From Massalongia carnosa (taxonomy: Eukaryota): a stretch of 64,000 bases of DNA. The stretch covers positions 868,001 to 932,000 of the forward strand of contig OZ287076.1 of NCBI GenBank assembly GCA_965645245.1, written 5' to 3'. A program made the translations under genes and the position numbers. Shown here in pieces: positions 39,094-52,028 of this stretch. Below the pieces are notes generated by a model. That model was not told where the DNA came from and searched no databases. It was given only the letters and a program-made list of their open reading frames with translations. Position 1 is the stretch's first letter; every line of letters begins with the position of its first letter.

Positions 39094-40179
39094 TTAATAT
39101 TTAGTATACCATCCTTCCGACGCTATACACGCTTTTATGCTCCTATTCATGCTCTCTATTAACCTCCTCATCATTTTCACATCTATCAACGTCCAGGCTT
39201 CTTCTAACGCTTTCCAAAGTACCTCACGAACAGTTTCATCACTGCCGATCACCAAATCTATGTTCGGGTTGACTTGATAGACGAGCTTTTTGAGCACATA
39301 CCAAACGTGCTCGATGGGATTTAAATCAGGTGAATAGGGGGGCCAATCGATGACCTCTATGCCGTTCTCATTGAACCATTCCATCACCTTTTTAGCCTTA
39401 TGTATAGGTGCGTTATCCTGCATGAAAATGAGGCACGGTTGCCAAATTCCAAGCAGATTATCGTTCAATAATTCCATATATGAGTTCGCCGAGTACCCCA
39501 TCTTCTTCGCAACAAAATCACGAGCCAATTTTTAAAGATCTGACCTGTCATCTCCCCAAAAAGCTGCCCAGACCATGACACTGACTCCTTTGCCTTTGGG
39601 GACAGGTTGTATAATCTCTTTATTCCATTTTTCTTTCGGCAATCTGAACACCCACTGACGTTGTTTTCCTGACCCCTTTTCCACCGAGCACTCATCTGAC
39701 CATATAACTCTTGACCACTGCTCAAAAGTCCACTCACGCCGCAGCAAGCACCAATCCAATCGTTTCTTGGCCACCTCAGGCGTCAATAAAGGTCGTTTTT
39801 TAGTCACCCAGTTGGTTAAACCATACAGTTTGAGTGCCCGATAAATGGTCGTACGACTGCAGCCGAGCCCCACTTCTAGTTTGATTTGTGCATAAGTGAT
39901 TCGTGGATTGATTCGTGCATGCTTGATGATATAACGTCGATCGCGTTCTGACAGCACTTCAGGCCGTCCAGAACGTGATTTAGACACGCCGTCGTTGCGA
40001 ATTGAGTGCTTCTGAATGGTGCTCTGCACGGTCGATTTAGTGAAATTAAGAGTCTTCCTAATCTCGGTCGGTGTGCGCCCCAACGCCTGGGCCCCAACAA
40101 TCATACCATGTTGATATGGCGTCAACTCAGTGTTACGAGGCCGATTACCACTTATGGGGGTCAAAGAAGCACGAAGCAT
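39094..40179 (-). pseudogene. DD34E transposase of element B with one in-frame stop
   Basis: Motifs SRSGRP, VIWSDECS, VMVWAAF and MQDNAPIH...WPPYSPDLNPIEHVW. TAA at 39532-34 (SDL*KLARDF). Confidence 0.9.
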
Positions 40180-40195
40180 GGTGAAAAACATGGAT

Positions 40196-40281
40196 GGCCC
40201 TTCAATGGCAATCAACCAAGCATAAAGAATAACCTATAGGCCCTTCAATGGCAATCAACCAAGCATAAAGAATAACCTATA
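40196..40281 (+). repeat. Perfect 43-bp tandem duplication at the truncated end of transposon B
   Basis: GGCCCTTCAATGGCAATCAACCAAGCATAAAGAATAACCTATA x2. Confidence 0.92.
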
Positions 40282-40599
40282 GAATATTTTACCTTCACTT
40301 TCTTTCTTTCAGTACCTGGTAGGAAGAGACAGATCCATCGACGTTGCCCTTGACACTCCCCATGCAGCTTTTTCGATACATACACCAATCAAGGCAATAA
40401 CGAGAAAGTAACAGCTACAGTTGACAAATACAAATCAATACCAAGATCCATGTTTTATATTCATTCTCTCTGAAAATGATCAACCGAATTCTCCTTCTAA
40501 TCTCAGTATAGAGTGATAGCTAACCACACTATCGGCAACGATTCCCCTCCCTAGATCGTCCCTTTTTCCATTCAAGCATTCTCAGCCTCCGTTATGCGT

Positions 40600-40895
40600 T
40601 TAAACAGGAAGGGTGTTACGCAAATGATGGGTTTCCTCCTTCACCTTGATGTGAAGCCCAGGTAAGCACTTTCCGTTCTTGCCCAGTTGCAGCCTGTTAG
40701 GCACTGAGTGTCACCTACACGTGGCCTCGGGCTTCTTCTACATTCCTTCAAATTGGTTTGAATGAGTGGAAGCTGCTTTCCCTAGTTGGTAATGGTGTTA
40801 GCGGTTGGAAGGCTGATGTGGTGGAGAGCGGCGTCGGGGATAACGACCGGGGCGGCAGTGGAAATGAGAAGCCCAACGAGGAGGGTAAGTTTCAT
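40600..40895 (-). pseudogene. Probable decayed small secreted Cys-containing peptide gene
   Basis: CACAAAAATG start, signal-like MKLTLLVGLLISTAAPVVIP, a premature TAG, then Cys fragments (KPEATC, GDTQC, GKNGKCLP) in shifting frames. Confidence 0.45.
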
Positions 40896-42183
40896 TTTTG
40901 TGATTGTGGTTGTTTGAAGAGAGGGCTAGAAATAAGAACCTCGGTGAAGAGCCGTTGGGCTATCTGCTACCTGATGCTATGAAGTGGAAGTGACGAACTG
41001 TAGCAGCCCTTTCTATAGAAGGAACCTTCTGCTCCTAGAGACAATAGACCCTTTCTCACGGAATATGGAGAAAGCGTTCACCGGGAGAGAGAGATAGCAA
41101 CACCAACTCCCCGAAGAGAGAAAGATCATGAGGGAGACAACTTATATCAATCATAAGATTTCAAGTTGCTCATGATCCCAGCCACAGTTCATTTTAGTTC
41201 GAATATAACAATATAATACTGTATTCTGCCCCAGAGAAAATGCAAAATAACCTCCTCTCGCCAATGAGATAAGGTCCGTTTCCCAGGCTAGGGCGGGAAT
41301 ATGCTATGTAAATATCCAAGAAATTATCATGGTGGAAATCTTTCAACAGCTCAAAGCGCTTGATAATGAGAACATAGACGGAGCAATTTGCCTTTTAGGT
41401 AAAGAATCTTTTGTAAAAAGGATAACTTGCTCCTGACCCTCCATCAATCTTAAGAGTACGGAAAATCGATGGGAAATTTTCTGCTTGAAAAGGCTTCTTC
41501 TAATTGAGAAGGAATCTAACACTATCTTCCCTATTGTTTAGATTGACACTCCATTAGTAAGCTAACCAGATCGGGTAGTTAAAAGCTCATAGTTTCTCCG
41601 TTCCGGTGCCGGAACTTCGAGAATCTTTTATCACTATATTTTAGTAAGGCTACCTTAAGCTTAAGCACCAAATTATAGTGGCACACTATGCCATCTATTT
41701 CTTCACTCGCGTGCTTGCATCTGCACACATCCTTCACCTACATGCAACGAGAGTCATCAAGTTCGAAAATATGGAGAACGCATTGAATGGTCCTTCGAGG
41801 CGGGCGCGAGGACGTGGACGAGGACGGAGGGAGGGGATGAGGTGGTGAAGTACTCTGTCAGAAAACTAGTAACCGAAGCGAGTCGCCTTTTCTTGACATG
41901 ATTAGATAGAGTGTACTCCGTAAACACAATAACATCATCCGAATGCTTAGTTCAATGGAGATGATCAGCAAGAAAGCATTAAACAACTCTCTAAAACGCA
42001 TCTAAATATTATCAAATTAAAGAATTTTCTCTCTACGGACTAGTTGTTTCTGTACTTAGCTTACTTGAGAGGTGTTACATAATCTAGCGACTTGTTGGGT
42101 TCGCCTTGGAGCGAGGTTGCTAGTTACTTCATTAAACTCATCATCGCTCCATAACTACGGATTTCAAGGTCCAAAAGGAAACA

Positions 42184-43041
42184 ATGGTCACAACTCGCTC
42201 GCATCCATCCACCTCCCAGCCTCCCTCCAAGAAATCCACTATATCCCGCTCCACTCTATCAAAACCCCAAAGATGGTCTCACACACCCACTCCTCTAACC
42301 ATACTCTGGCTCTTCGTGTCGCTCCCCCTTGTAACATGGGACACGCTCTATGTGCTTCTCCGCCCTCACAGCATGCCAGGCGGCCACTTTCATTCCCCGC
42401 TTTTCACACCGTACGCGCTCTATGGCATTATAGACCATGTCTACGGCTGGCCGGCTTACAACGCCCATGACGGCTTCACGGCGGCGCAGTCAACGCTGAA
42501 TATATTTGAAACGGTGGGATATTTGGTCTATCTAAGCATAATTTGGGGAAGGGAAAAGGGGGAAGGGAAAGGTTTGGGAGTTAGGGGAAGGCTTGGCGCG
42601 AAAGTGGACGGAGTTTGGGGAGCTGGCGCGGCGTTACTTGGGTTTTCTATCAGCGTTATGACTTTGAGTAAAACAGTCCTGTATGGTAAGTCATTCAACT
42701 CCTTCCAAACTGAAATGGACAATCCTGGGATGAGAATAAATTGGAAGTTGATGGGAAGGCAAATAGTATTAAATGAGTTCCATTCCGGCTTTAAACACAT
42801 TGGACATAACGATGCATTTTCGCTATTGTTCCTATGGATCATACCCAAGTGAGCTACCTTTTCATGCTTTTGCCCGGCTTCATTGTCGTGAATGCTTATA
42901 GTATAATCTAGCGGTGCCTGGATCGTTTTGCCTACCTATATGGTGTACGTCTTTGCACGAGATATTCTGCAGGGGCTAGTTATTGCAACCAGGGACATGA
43001 GCCCTCCCGCTAGAAGAATGGCTTCGATAAAGGATGAATGA
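42184..43041 (+). CDS. EXPERA/EBP (emopamil-binding-like) membrane protein
   Basis: Motifs SLPLVTWDTLYVLLRPHSMPGG, YALYGIIDHVYGWPA, GFTAAQ, MTLSKTVLY and LWIIPNGAWIVLP. Introns 42686-42766 and ~42849-42911. Confidence 0.85.
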
Positions 43042-45499
43042 GTGAACAAGATCGATAGCCACACGGATATCGATTTGTGGAGGGATCAAAGGAATTGAAG
43101 TTTTGGTCGTAATCTGACCAAATATTCAAGGTATTTTCATATCTTGTCTTTTGAAGTGGTAGCTTCACCATTTCTTTTTATGAAAGAGGTATTGATGCCC
43201 CAACCTGGTCTTTTCATGAGTAAGTGTGGAGCGTTCGTCATATGTTTCAGGGTAGATTGCTTGGTTGTCTCGACGATATTATCCTTTGTTCCGAGGACTT
43301 TGCGGAACATAGTTGGAATAACGAAATCATCCCGGTGCTCACCATTGTTATAAAGGCTTGAAGCAAATCCTGACTTTCTATCCTTCGCTTGTTTTTCCTT
43401 GGAAGATGTCGGTTCTAGCAGCATGATGCACGAATGGGCAAAGCTCCCCCCCAAAGCCGTGATAGCACAAATCAGGGTGGGGAAGATATTGTCGTACTCT
43501 AGTTGCCCCTCATTCTACGAATAGTGGTGATTCTGAGATTATTTGAACGCCGAAAATGGTTAGGGCTAACCCTAGATTGTATTGCCTTTTCCGAATGTTT
43601 GTTCAACCATCTCCATCATCTCAACCAAGAACGCTATTGGGTCGCCGGGTAACTAGACTTGTGACATGAAGGACACATAATTAGACCATAATAGATATGG
43701 ATTTCACCATCTCTTTGAAGGTCCCCTTAGATCATGGTATGACAATCTAGTAACTGCAGAGAACCGAGTTTCCCCTTGAACCATGAAGATCGGCGCGGGA
43801 TAACGATTCTCCAGCAAAAAAATCCCTTGAAAACGAAATCGTGGCTAATAAATAAATAAAAGAGAAGATAAATATCGCTAGGTAACATCTACATTCTCAG
43901 TCCCATTCGTCATTACAGACTTCCAGAACTTTTTAAAGAAATCGGTATTTAGCCAAGCTTCGAGATTGGATGCAATTCATGAATTTTCATACGTGCCTAT
44001 TGGCCAGACGCCAACAACCGAATGTTTCGTTCTCTGTAGACCTTTGATGTGTTTAAATATGATTTTAAATGGAAAGATTCGCACTGAAATCGTTACAGCG
44101 ATAGCGTTTGTATGAGCCCGTGCGGATGAATTCTGGGCTGACATATATACTTGCATTTTTGCCGCAATTTTGATTCTTCGGTGCCCAAACAACGAAATGC
44201 GTGAATATTTTATTCCCTCTTTGCCAGACACCGGAGTTGGATGAAGCGATGAGCGAATGCTGTTGCCCGGATGTGCATTGCCATCGCGGTTTCGTTTTGA
44301 GTATACTAGTGGCTTGGAGCTACTGGGCTGTCATCTGAACCCAACGGCCCCATCCTTAGGCTAAGATCAGTTGATATCGTTGATGTAGATGGATGGTGTG
44401 TGTATTTTCTATCTATAAGGCATGCAAAAACGTCTATTTAATGTGTGTGCACTGGTGAACTAGTTATGTAGTGCAACACTGCAAAGGGAGGTTAGTAGGC
44501 GAGTTACCTCAATAGATATAGGTAGAATGTGGTTGTGTACTACGTGCTCTGTACAGCATAGTAGAAGGGAGTCGTGAGAAACGCTGTGATCAGGCACGTA
44601 GATCTCCTTAACCTGCATAATATGATCTTGAAATAAGAATGAAGCAGGCTTATTTGAAGGCAGAAACTCGCATTCGCCTAAGGGAAGCCGATCGGCCGAT
44701 CAAGCTCCATGTACTCTGTACTACGGCTTTTTATACCCCAGAATAACTGCCTCCTCTATTTGGTACTCTGACCCTCGTGTGGTAGAGGTTGTTGGGTTTT
44801 ATTGAGCATGTTTACCCGCGAAGCTGCTTAGACAGGTAACCAAACTTGTGCCTGGAGAACCTCACTCGAGCCTTTTCCCCTCTACTGTCTATTTCAACTT
44901 TAAGGTGTTCGATTTATGTATCCTTGAAACAGAAACAGCGAGGAGTAACAGGTGACGAGATAGGACTCGGCTTCTGCTGACCTAGGGAATTGCCGGGCTA
45001 ACTACAGCTATCCGTCTCCTTAGCCGTCAAACTACCTTGGAGCCACAACCCACCGACTAACTACGGAGCACGTACTTGTCTATCTGCCTGCCACCATAGG
45101 TAAGTAGGTAGGTACTCCCAGTTCACGCTACAACACGTGCCCTACAAGCGCAAACCTCCTTCGTGCTTCTACCTATGTCATGCCTGGCATCCGTGCAGAA
45201 ATGCCGAAATCCGCATTTGATGACTTGCAGGTGAGCTTGAGAATAAACTGAAGGACTATCTGCCGCCATCCATCTGGTCTATTGGCCTGGTTTGAAGAGC
45301 GGCTCTCTTCGACTGAAGGAGTCCGACGCTGCCGCATGCTTGATCACCCATGGATATCGTTCCTGCCGGTTTTTCTTCTGGCATTTTGTTTGAAATCCAA
45401 GTATTACTGCCGAAAATGCCATCTTGCTCTTCGTTTTCAGTGTTGCCGATCTCCTTTTCCATTCTTCTTCTAGTCTTGAGTTGATTAGTTGCCTGCAAA

Positions 45500-47274
45500 A
45501 TGTTGCAGTTAGTACTGACTTCAGTGGTACATCACTGGCCCTTTGCCTTGGTTTTCTTTATCATCGCAAAGCTGGTCAGCAACTACCTTAAACATGGGTT
45601 GCACAAATATCCAGGGCCTTTTCCTGCCTCTTTGACAGACTGGTGGCGCTTTCTGGATGTATTGGGAAGAAGACCTGATATTACGCATATAAAACTACAT
45701 AGAGAACACGGTAACATTGTGCGATTGGGACCCAAAACATTATCGTTTGGAGACCCACGAGCTTTGAGAGCAATCTATGGTCCAAATAAGGGCTTCATCA
45801 AGGCACCCATTTCTCTGCCTAATACCTCCTGTACCACTGCTAACAATGAATAGTCAGAGTTCTACCCTGTTCAGCAGGCTATGTTGAAGGGAAATCGACT
45901 TCCGTCCCTCTTCTCTACGACTGACGAGGAATATCATGCTGCGTTGCGGAAATGTGTAAATCTTGCGTTTAGTATGACTTCCATTGCACAATATGAACAA
46001 AACGTCGACAACACAACGGAGAAGTTTCTTGATCAAACAGCAATCTTATTCGCGTCGTCGAGAGATACGGTCATATGTGATTTTACAGAATGGTTACAAT
46101 TCTATGCTTTCGATGTCATTGGAGAAATCACATACAGCAAACCACATGGCTTTGTAGATCGCTGTGAAGATGTTGATGGCATGATTAATTATCTTGGCAA
46201 GCTTTTCAGCTACGTTGCTCCCGTAAGGCTTGATACAGAGAATATTTATATACTGAATGCTAATAGTTTACTTGCCAGATCGGTCAAATTCCAGCCCTTG
46301 ACATCCTCCTGTTGAAAAACCCCGTCTTTCGTCTGCTAGACAAATGTAACATCATGTCATTCACCTTCCCCGTTGTCAAGTTCGCGAAAGCCCGTATCGA
46401 TGAACGTCATATAGAAATCAACCTATGGAAAGCTCATGAACCGATTTTGACGTATGAATCCAACCCTTACCGTCCTGACCTTCTATCTATGTTCCTCAAA
46501 GCCAAGGACGATCACCCTTCCTTTTTCCACAAGGATCGGCTGCTTACCGTTGCAGTTAGCATGGCCTTTGCTGGTTCCGATACCACCGCTATTTCTCTTG
46601 CTGCGGTGTTTTACTATCTGCTTAAAAATCAGTCTTGCTATCAAAAATTGATGAGCGAGCTTGATGCGGCCTTTGATATTGGTGAGCTGGGAAACAGCAT
46701 GACGGGTCTGGTGACTTGGGCCGAGTCTCAGAGGCTGCCATATCTCGATGCTTGTATTAAGGAAGCCTTTCGTCTTCATCCTGCTGTCGGGTTACCCTTG
46801 GAACGAATCGTGCCACCTGGAGGAGCAGATATCTTAGGGGAGCACATTAAGGGAGGAACTATTGTCGGGTGCAGCGCCTGGGTCATCCATCGACGACCAG
46901 AGGTTTTTGGAGAAGACGTTGATTCTTACCGGCCAGAGCGGTGGATTGAGGCAGACACGGAACGCAGGAAGGAGATGGAGGGAACAATGTTTCAGTTTGG
47001 AATGGGGGCGAGGACTTGCATCGGGAAGAATATCAGTCTCTTAGAGATCTATAAGCTGGTACCCAGCTTTTTACGTAGATTCGAGGTACGGACTAGAGTG
47101 TGCCTTTGGCAGTTCCAGGGTTGTGAGAGCGAATGACTCTAGCTGACTTCAGAGCAACAGATCAATTTGGTGCATCCAGACCGAGAATGGAAGCTACACA
47201 ACGCATGGTTTGTCAAGCCACGGGATTTCTTTACGACGTTTAAAGCAAGGAGGACAAACGGGTTCGAAGGATAG
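45500..47274 (+). CDS. Cytochrome P450 (pisatin-demethylase-like group)
   Basis: AGSDTT (I-helix), EAFR (ExxR), PERW and heme motif FGMGARTCIG. Introns 45803-45853 (GC-AG), 46223-46278 and 47086-47160. Confidence 0.93.
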
Positions 47275-48031
47275 GAAGAGCGACCTTTGCAACACCCAAG
47301 CAAAACCTAGTTTTACCATCGCATCCTACAAGTTTAAGGCCTTCTCCTGCACCTTTGTGGATACATTAGAGTTGCTCCCGTTTGTCACTCTCTCGCATTG
47401 TGCAGTCCTGATTCCTTTTCTATGCTTTAGAGCCTCACCCTACTTTCACCTTACTAGCGCCCCACTTATGTTGTCCTTGCGCATTATCGCGGCTTTGCCA
47501 CGGCAGAAAAAACTCCATCTGCTATACGAATGGGCGGATAGTGAAAAGCCTCCAAATACTGAAATCTGAACTATATTTGGACTGATGGACTAGCCTTTAG
47601 TCTCTATGAAGTGGTGTAACCTTTCAGCTTACAACATGCCTGATAGAATTATCAAAACAGTCCAAAAAAGACGTCCCACCACTAATTTCGTAGCCATTGG
47701 ACAGTATTCTAGGGCATCTATCTTTATGAGTATTGGATGTGAATTGATGATAGTACAAGGAGGTATTAGCTTAAGGCGGTACCTATTAGAAAAGAAGTGG
47801 AATAGTGAGATCCTTGAGATGTCAGGCTAACCTCTTAGGTATTAGTGGCAACGAGGACTCAAGTTACCTATGGTCTGACGTCATTGTCTGCCAGCCTGTT
47901 CATCTTCGTTTTCATCCATGTCGATAATACAGAACAATATGGATTATCGACGCACCACTTTATTTTTCACATTCTTCTGAAAGACTCGGGGGAAAAGGTT
48001 CTAAATAAATATCTGCTAGATAGTTGCGGCA

Positions 48032-49106
48032 ATGTCCTCGCCACCTCGTCCTACTCGTCGAAATGGCCCCGCCAGCTCGCCCCGAAAAGTTTTCTCGCCC
48101 ACCACCACTACATCGCCCCTCCTCCCTACCCCCCTGGAGACTCTCCTCCTAGCAATCTACCCCTCGACCCTCCTTCTCGGCTCTCTGTTCTCCCTCCTCA
48201 ACCCCCCGGCCCGCGCAGCGCCCTATTCCACACTCTCCCAATCTCACTATCCGCCGGACCAAGCACCTTCCTATTTCGCCCGCAAGCGCAACCTATTCAA
48301 CACCTACTTCGTCAAAGTCGGCTGGTTCTGGACCTCGCTCGCCTTCCTCGTGTTCCTCTTTCTGCACCCCTCCACGGGCCCGCCTCGAGCGCTGGTATTA
48401 ACGCCCCGGAGACTGCAGGCTACGCTACGGTGGGCGTGCGTCACGGCGTGGTGGGGCGTTGTGACGCAGTGGGCGTTCGGGCCCGGGTTGATCGATCGTG
48501 GGTTCAGGCTTACCGGCGGGGTGTGCGAGGCGTTGCTGGAGCAGGCGGAACGTGGGGGCAAATCGGGCAAATCGGGTGCAGGCCGGGAGCTGGGCGATGT
48601 GCTGACGGGGGCGGCGTGTAAGCTTGCGGGGGGTCAGTGGAGGGGCGGGTACGACGTTAGCGGGCATGTGTTTCTGCTGACCCTGGGGAGCGCCTTTTTG
48701 GGCATGGAGATTTTGCCGGTGGTTTTGCGGTATGCGGGGCTGGGGGAGGCGAGAGTTGTAATGGGGCCGGAGGGACAGGTAAGGAAAGCGGGGGGGGCAG
48801 TGGTTATCGGGACGGACGATGAAGAGCAGGGAGAGGGGAGGGTTGGGCGAGGGGTTGGAGGAGCGGTATTTGTAGCCGGGTTATCGTGGTGGATGCTCCT
48901 GATGACGGCAGCGTATTTCCACACTTGGGTCGAAAAGGTACGTGTCTTTCGCCGCCTCGATTCACTTCTTCCCAAGCTGCTCCAGCTAACCTTAGACATC
49001 ACAGTTCACCGGCCTCCTTGTTGCCTTCATCGGCGTCGGCGCCGTCTATTTCCTCCCCCGCGCGATTCCCGCGCTGAGAGGCGTCATTGGAATGCCGGGG
49101 GTTTAG
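48032..49106 (+). CDS. SCS3: FIT2/Scs3 acyl-CoA diphosphatase (fat storage-inducing transmembrane family)
   Basis: Motifs YFARKRNLFNTYFVKVGWFW, WRGGYDVSGHVFLL and LMTAAYFHTWVEK|FTG. Intron 48938-49004. Confidence 0.9.
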
Positions 49107-50696
49107 TTCAATCTGCGCGTTGGAAATTTTCACGATATCGGCGGACTTTGAGGGAACGGTGGAGTGGAGAAAACAGTGGTACCTAGATACATAGATCGCG
49201 TACGTGTTGAAGCTTGCTAAAAGGGGGGTTAAGGTAGCGGTTGAGTAGGGGAGTTGGGTCAAGCCTTGTATGGGAACACCTTATCATGCGTAGGTGGTTG
49301 GGCGTGCAAAGGATCTTCCTGAAAGGAAACGCGAATCTTATGGTTGGGAAACCATCTATACCCCATTCACGGTATAGAATATAGATTCCAAAATCAATTT
49401 ATAGATGCAAACCGGAGGAGTCAAGGTCCATGTGCTATGCCCCAGAAATGGTCGTTTTGACCTGCGTAACAAAAATTTCACGCTTCCTGCTTGTACTCTG
49501 ATGTATTTTCATCTTAATTTAGTGACACAGTGTAAGAAGCCCACGCCAGCCCTTTGTAATGCGCCGCCGCTCCTGGTGTCCACTCTGCACGCGAGCCAGG
49601 GAGACAGCATGATTTCTCGCAGAACGTGGCGAACGGCGAAGTTCTTCGAACGTGGAGCTGTTGGTTAGGCTACTTGGACAGTTTGCCAGAAATCTCCATG
49701 TATGAAAAGCTGTGATTTAAAGAGAGACATCTCTTGGAGGTTAGTAAATGCTAAAGCTGTTAGCGAAGCTTTTCAGCCAAACCATTCTTTAGAGGATAAG
49801 AGTCTCTTGTCTGAAACATCAGCTTCCAAGGTCTTCAATGATATCGCAGCCAGTCGATTTCTAAAGCTGCTGGTATTCTACCGGAAGAGCAGTAACTCAG
49901 CTACAGACGAGGCAATACCGCTAATTGAGGATCGTCGGTTCTCCATCAATCCGTGCGCTTAATTGGTGAGTTTGAATCCAGTTGGTGGTTCTTTCAATCA
50001 CTAGCAAGAAGACTAAATACAAAAGCGAACTATCAAGATGAAATACTTAGATGCTTTGAGGCTCCCTGGGTCCTCTTTGTCCTCTCCCCCTTCCTTGGGC
50101 CTTAAGATCACGCGTGTTTTCATTAACCTTGCTTCCTCGTTCTGCCACTGGCCTTACACAGCAACGAACCAGGACGCCATCTACTTACCATTACAGCAAT
50201 AGCAAGGTGTGAGAACAAATGATGGGGGAGAAGGAAGACAATGTGAAAGGATGAAGTGAAGGGTGCAAACATGATGAAGCTAATTACACGCCAGATTTTG
50301 CGGCGAGGTGGACGCTCATACATTTTTTTGGCCTTGGCGTATCCCCTGCGGATCTCCTCCGTATGGTTCTGCTAACGGAATTGGGCGGCTAGTAGCTGGA
50401 CCATTGGGGGAGGCCAATAGTGCCGTATTATAAGATATGGTACGGAGGCAATAATAGAGGTGAGAGAAATGACAATGAGAAGGTAAGCTAAGAAGAGATT
50501 TAGCTGCAGCAGTAAGCGTAGATGATAATATAGGAAGGGTTTGTAAAAGATTGTTGTTGGAATCACATCCTCGAATAGTTATAATGGTAAATTTATCACC
50601 ACCTCTACCTAGAAAAATGTATTGCTAGAAGCTCTTTAGAATGAACGGAATAACGCCCTCGCAATGCTCTGAATTCTACCCCTTGTATATGCATTT

Positions 50697-52028
50697 TTAG
50701 CCAGCGATGAGGACCCATAGAAGGAAGAAAATCTACAAAATAACGTGTTAACAGATGGTGGATGTATATATTAAGAGCGCATCATATCTCTTACTTACCA
50801 TTAAAACGCCAAACATCTTGGCGACAAGCCACCGGTTGCCTGATACCCTCGACCAGTATTTCATTAATTCTCGTTGCGCACCTTGAACATTGTCAACGAC
50901 GTCTTCGGTATTGGCATCGATCCTTTGGACCATTTCTCTGTAGGCTTGATATTAACTATTGAATATCCCGGATGCTTTGAAAATGTTAAAACCGTAAACG
51001 AACCCTTGTTCCGAGACCATAGCTGCTAGCTGCCCAAACACGCTCCCTAGTTCGCTGATGGTCTTTTCTATGACATCTATCGCCTCCCCTCGCATGTTGA
51101 TATAAGTGTTCGTAGGCTGGGCTTCTTCCATCATTAACAACTGCTGATCGGTGTGGAGGCCCCCCCTAGTCATGGCCGACGATGAGGGGTCAAGGTTTAG
51201 GATGTCGGGATTTGCGTTCTGATAACCGGGCTGTGGCGTGCGGGACTTTGTGGGAGTGTTGTATAAGGGAGATGCGGATTGGTAGGAGTCGAGTGAGGGC
51301 TGGGAGTGGGAAGATACGGAGGAAACGAAGTTTTCAGTCCTCGAGCGCGAGGCTTGGATGTTTTTCGTCCGCACTTCAAGTACCTCTTTAAAGTTGACGC
51401 CAACGTCGGCGAGCTTGCCTTGCAGTAGCACAACGACCTGACTTCCTATTAATATTGTGGTTCCGACAACAAGGGGTTACTAAGTCGTACGTTCTTATTA
51501 TGTTCACCTTCTTGCTCCGCCCCTGAGTTTCGTGAAATTTGCGCCTGTTGTGATTTTGACAAGGTCTGTAAGGAAGATATCTGTGAATTGAGCGATGCTA
51601 AATCTTGCTTTATAACATATGTGAGCTCGGCGATCTCGACCGGCCGATCATCAAATAATGTTTTCCTTTTTGCCACTACTCTCAAAAGCCTGTCAGCCAG
51701 CACCCAAAGCACCAGGCTGCAGGAAATGAAAAAGAGCCCCAATTCCACGGCGCAGTTTCTACGTACAATGTGCCAACCTCTCGAGCTTCTCCATCGTCCC
51801 CGAAATACCCCTACCAATCTCAGCTGCTTTTCTTGCAAACTCTGATCTTGCGCCTCTTCTCCCGCCCTTGGTTTCGCCATTTGAGAATCCGTTCGCTGCC
51901 CGTTTTTGCGTTTCTGTAAGTAGCGACTGCCGGTGTGCGCCAACCTTCGCCGATGATTTTCGCTTTTGAGCCTGTGCTAGGACTGTCCTGAACTCGGCAG
52001 TCCGGTCTTGTATAGAGGTTGTGACCAT
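50697..52028 (-). CDS. SED5: cis-Golgi t-SNARE, syntaxin 5
   Basis: N-peptide IQDRTAEF, AKRKTLFDDRPVEIAELTYVIKQDL, SNARE motif IEKTISELGSVFGQLA...QRIDANTED and a C-terminal TM. Four introns. Confidence 0.95.

Larger units (their letters stand above)
38947..40281 (-). mobile_element. Second Tc1/impala-like transposon B; only one TIR found
   Basis: Begins CAGTACTAGGCCAAAAGT right after the shared TA, a typical Tc1 CAGT...CAAAAGT end. No reverse-complement TIR was seen beyond the transposase 5' end. Confidence 0.85.

Noticed and set aside
43558..43576. Telomere relic or telomerase template (TTAGGGCTAACCCTAG)
   Set aside because: Only single units, compatible with chance.
43100..44250. Possible gene relic
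   Set aside because: Fragments are too degraded to assign any family.
1..49106. Sterol/lipid gene cluster (SIP3, ERG24, START-like, EXPERA, P450, SCS3)
   Set aside because: The genes are spread over 49 kb among unrelated housekeeping genes, with no backbone synthase or shared cluster signature.
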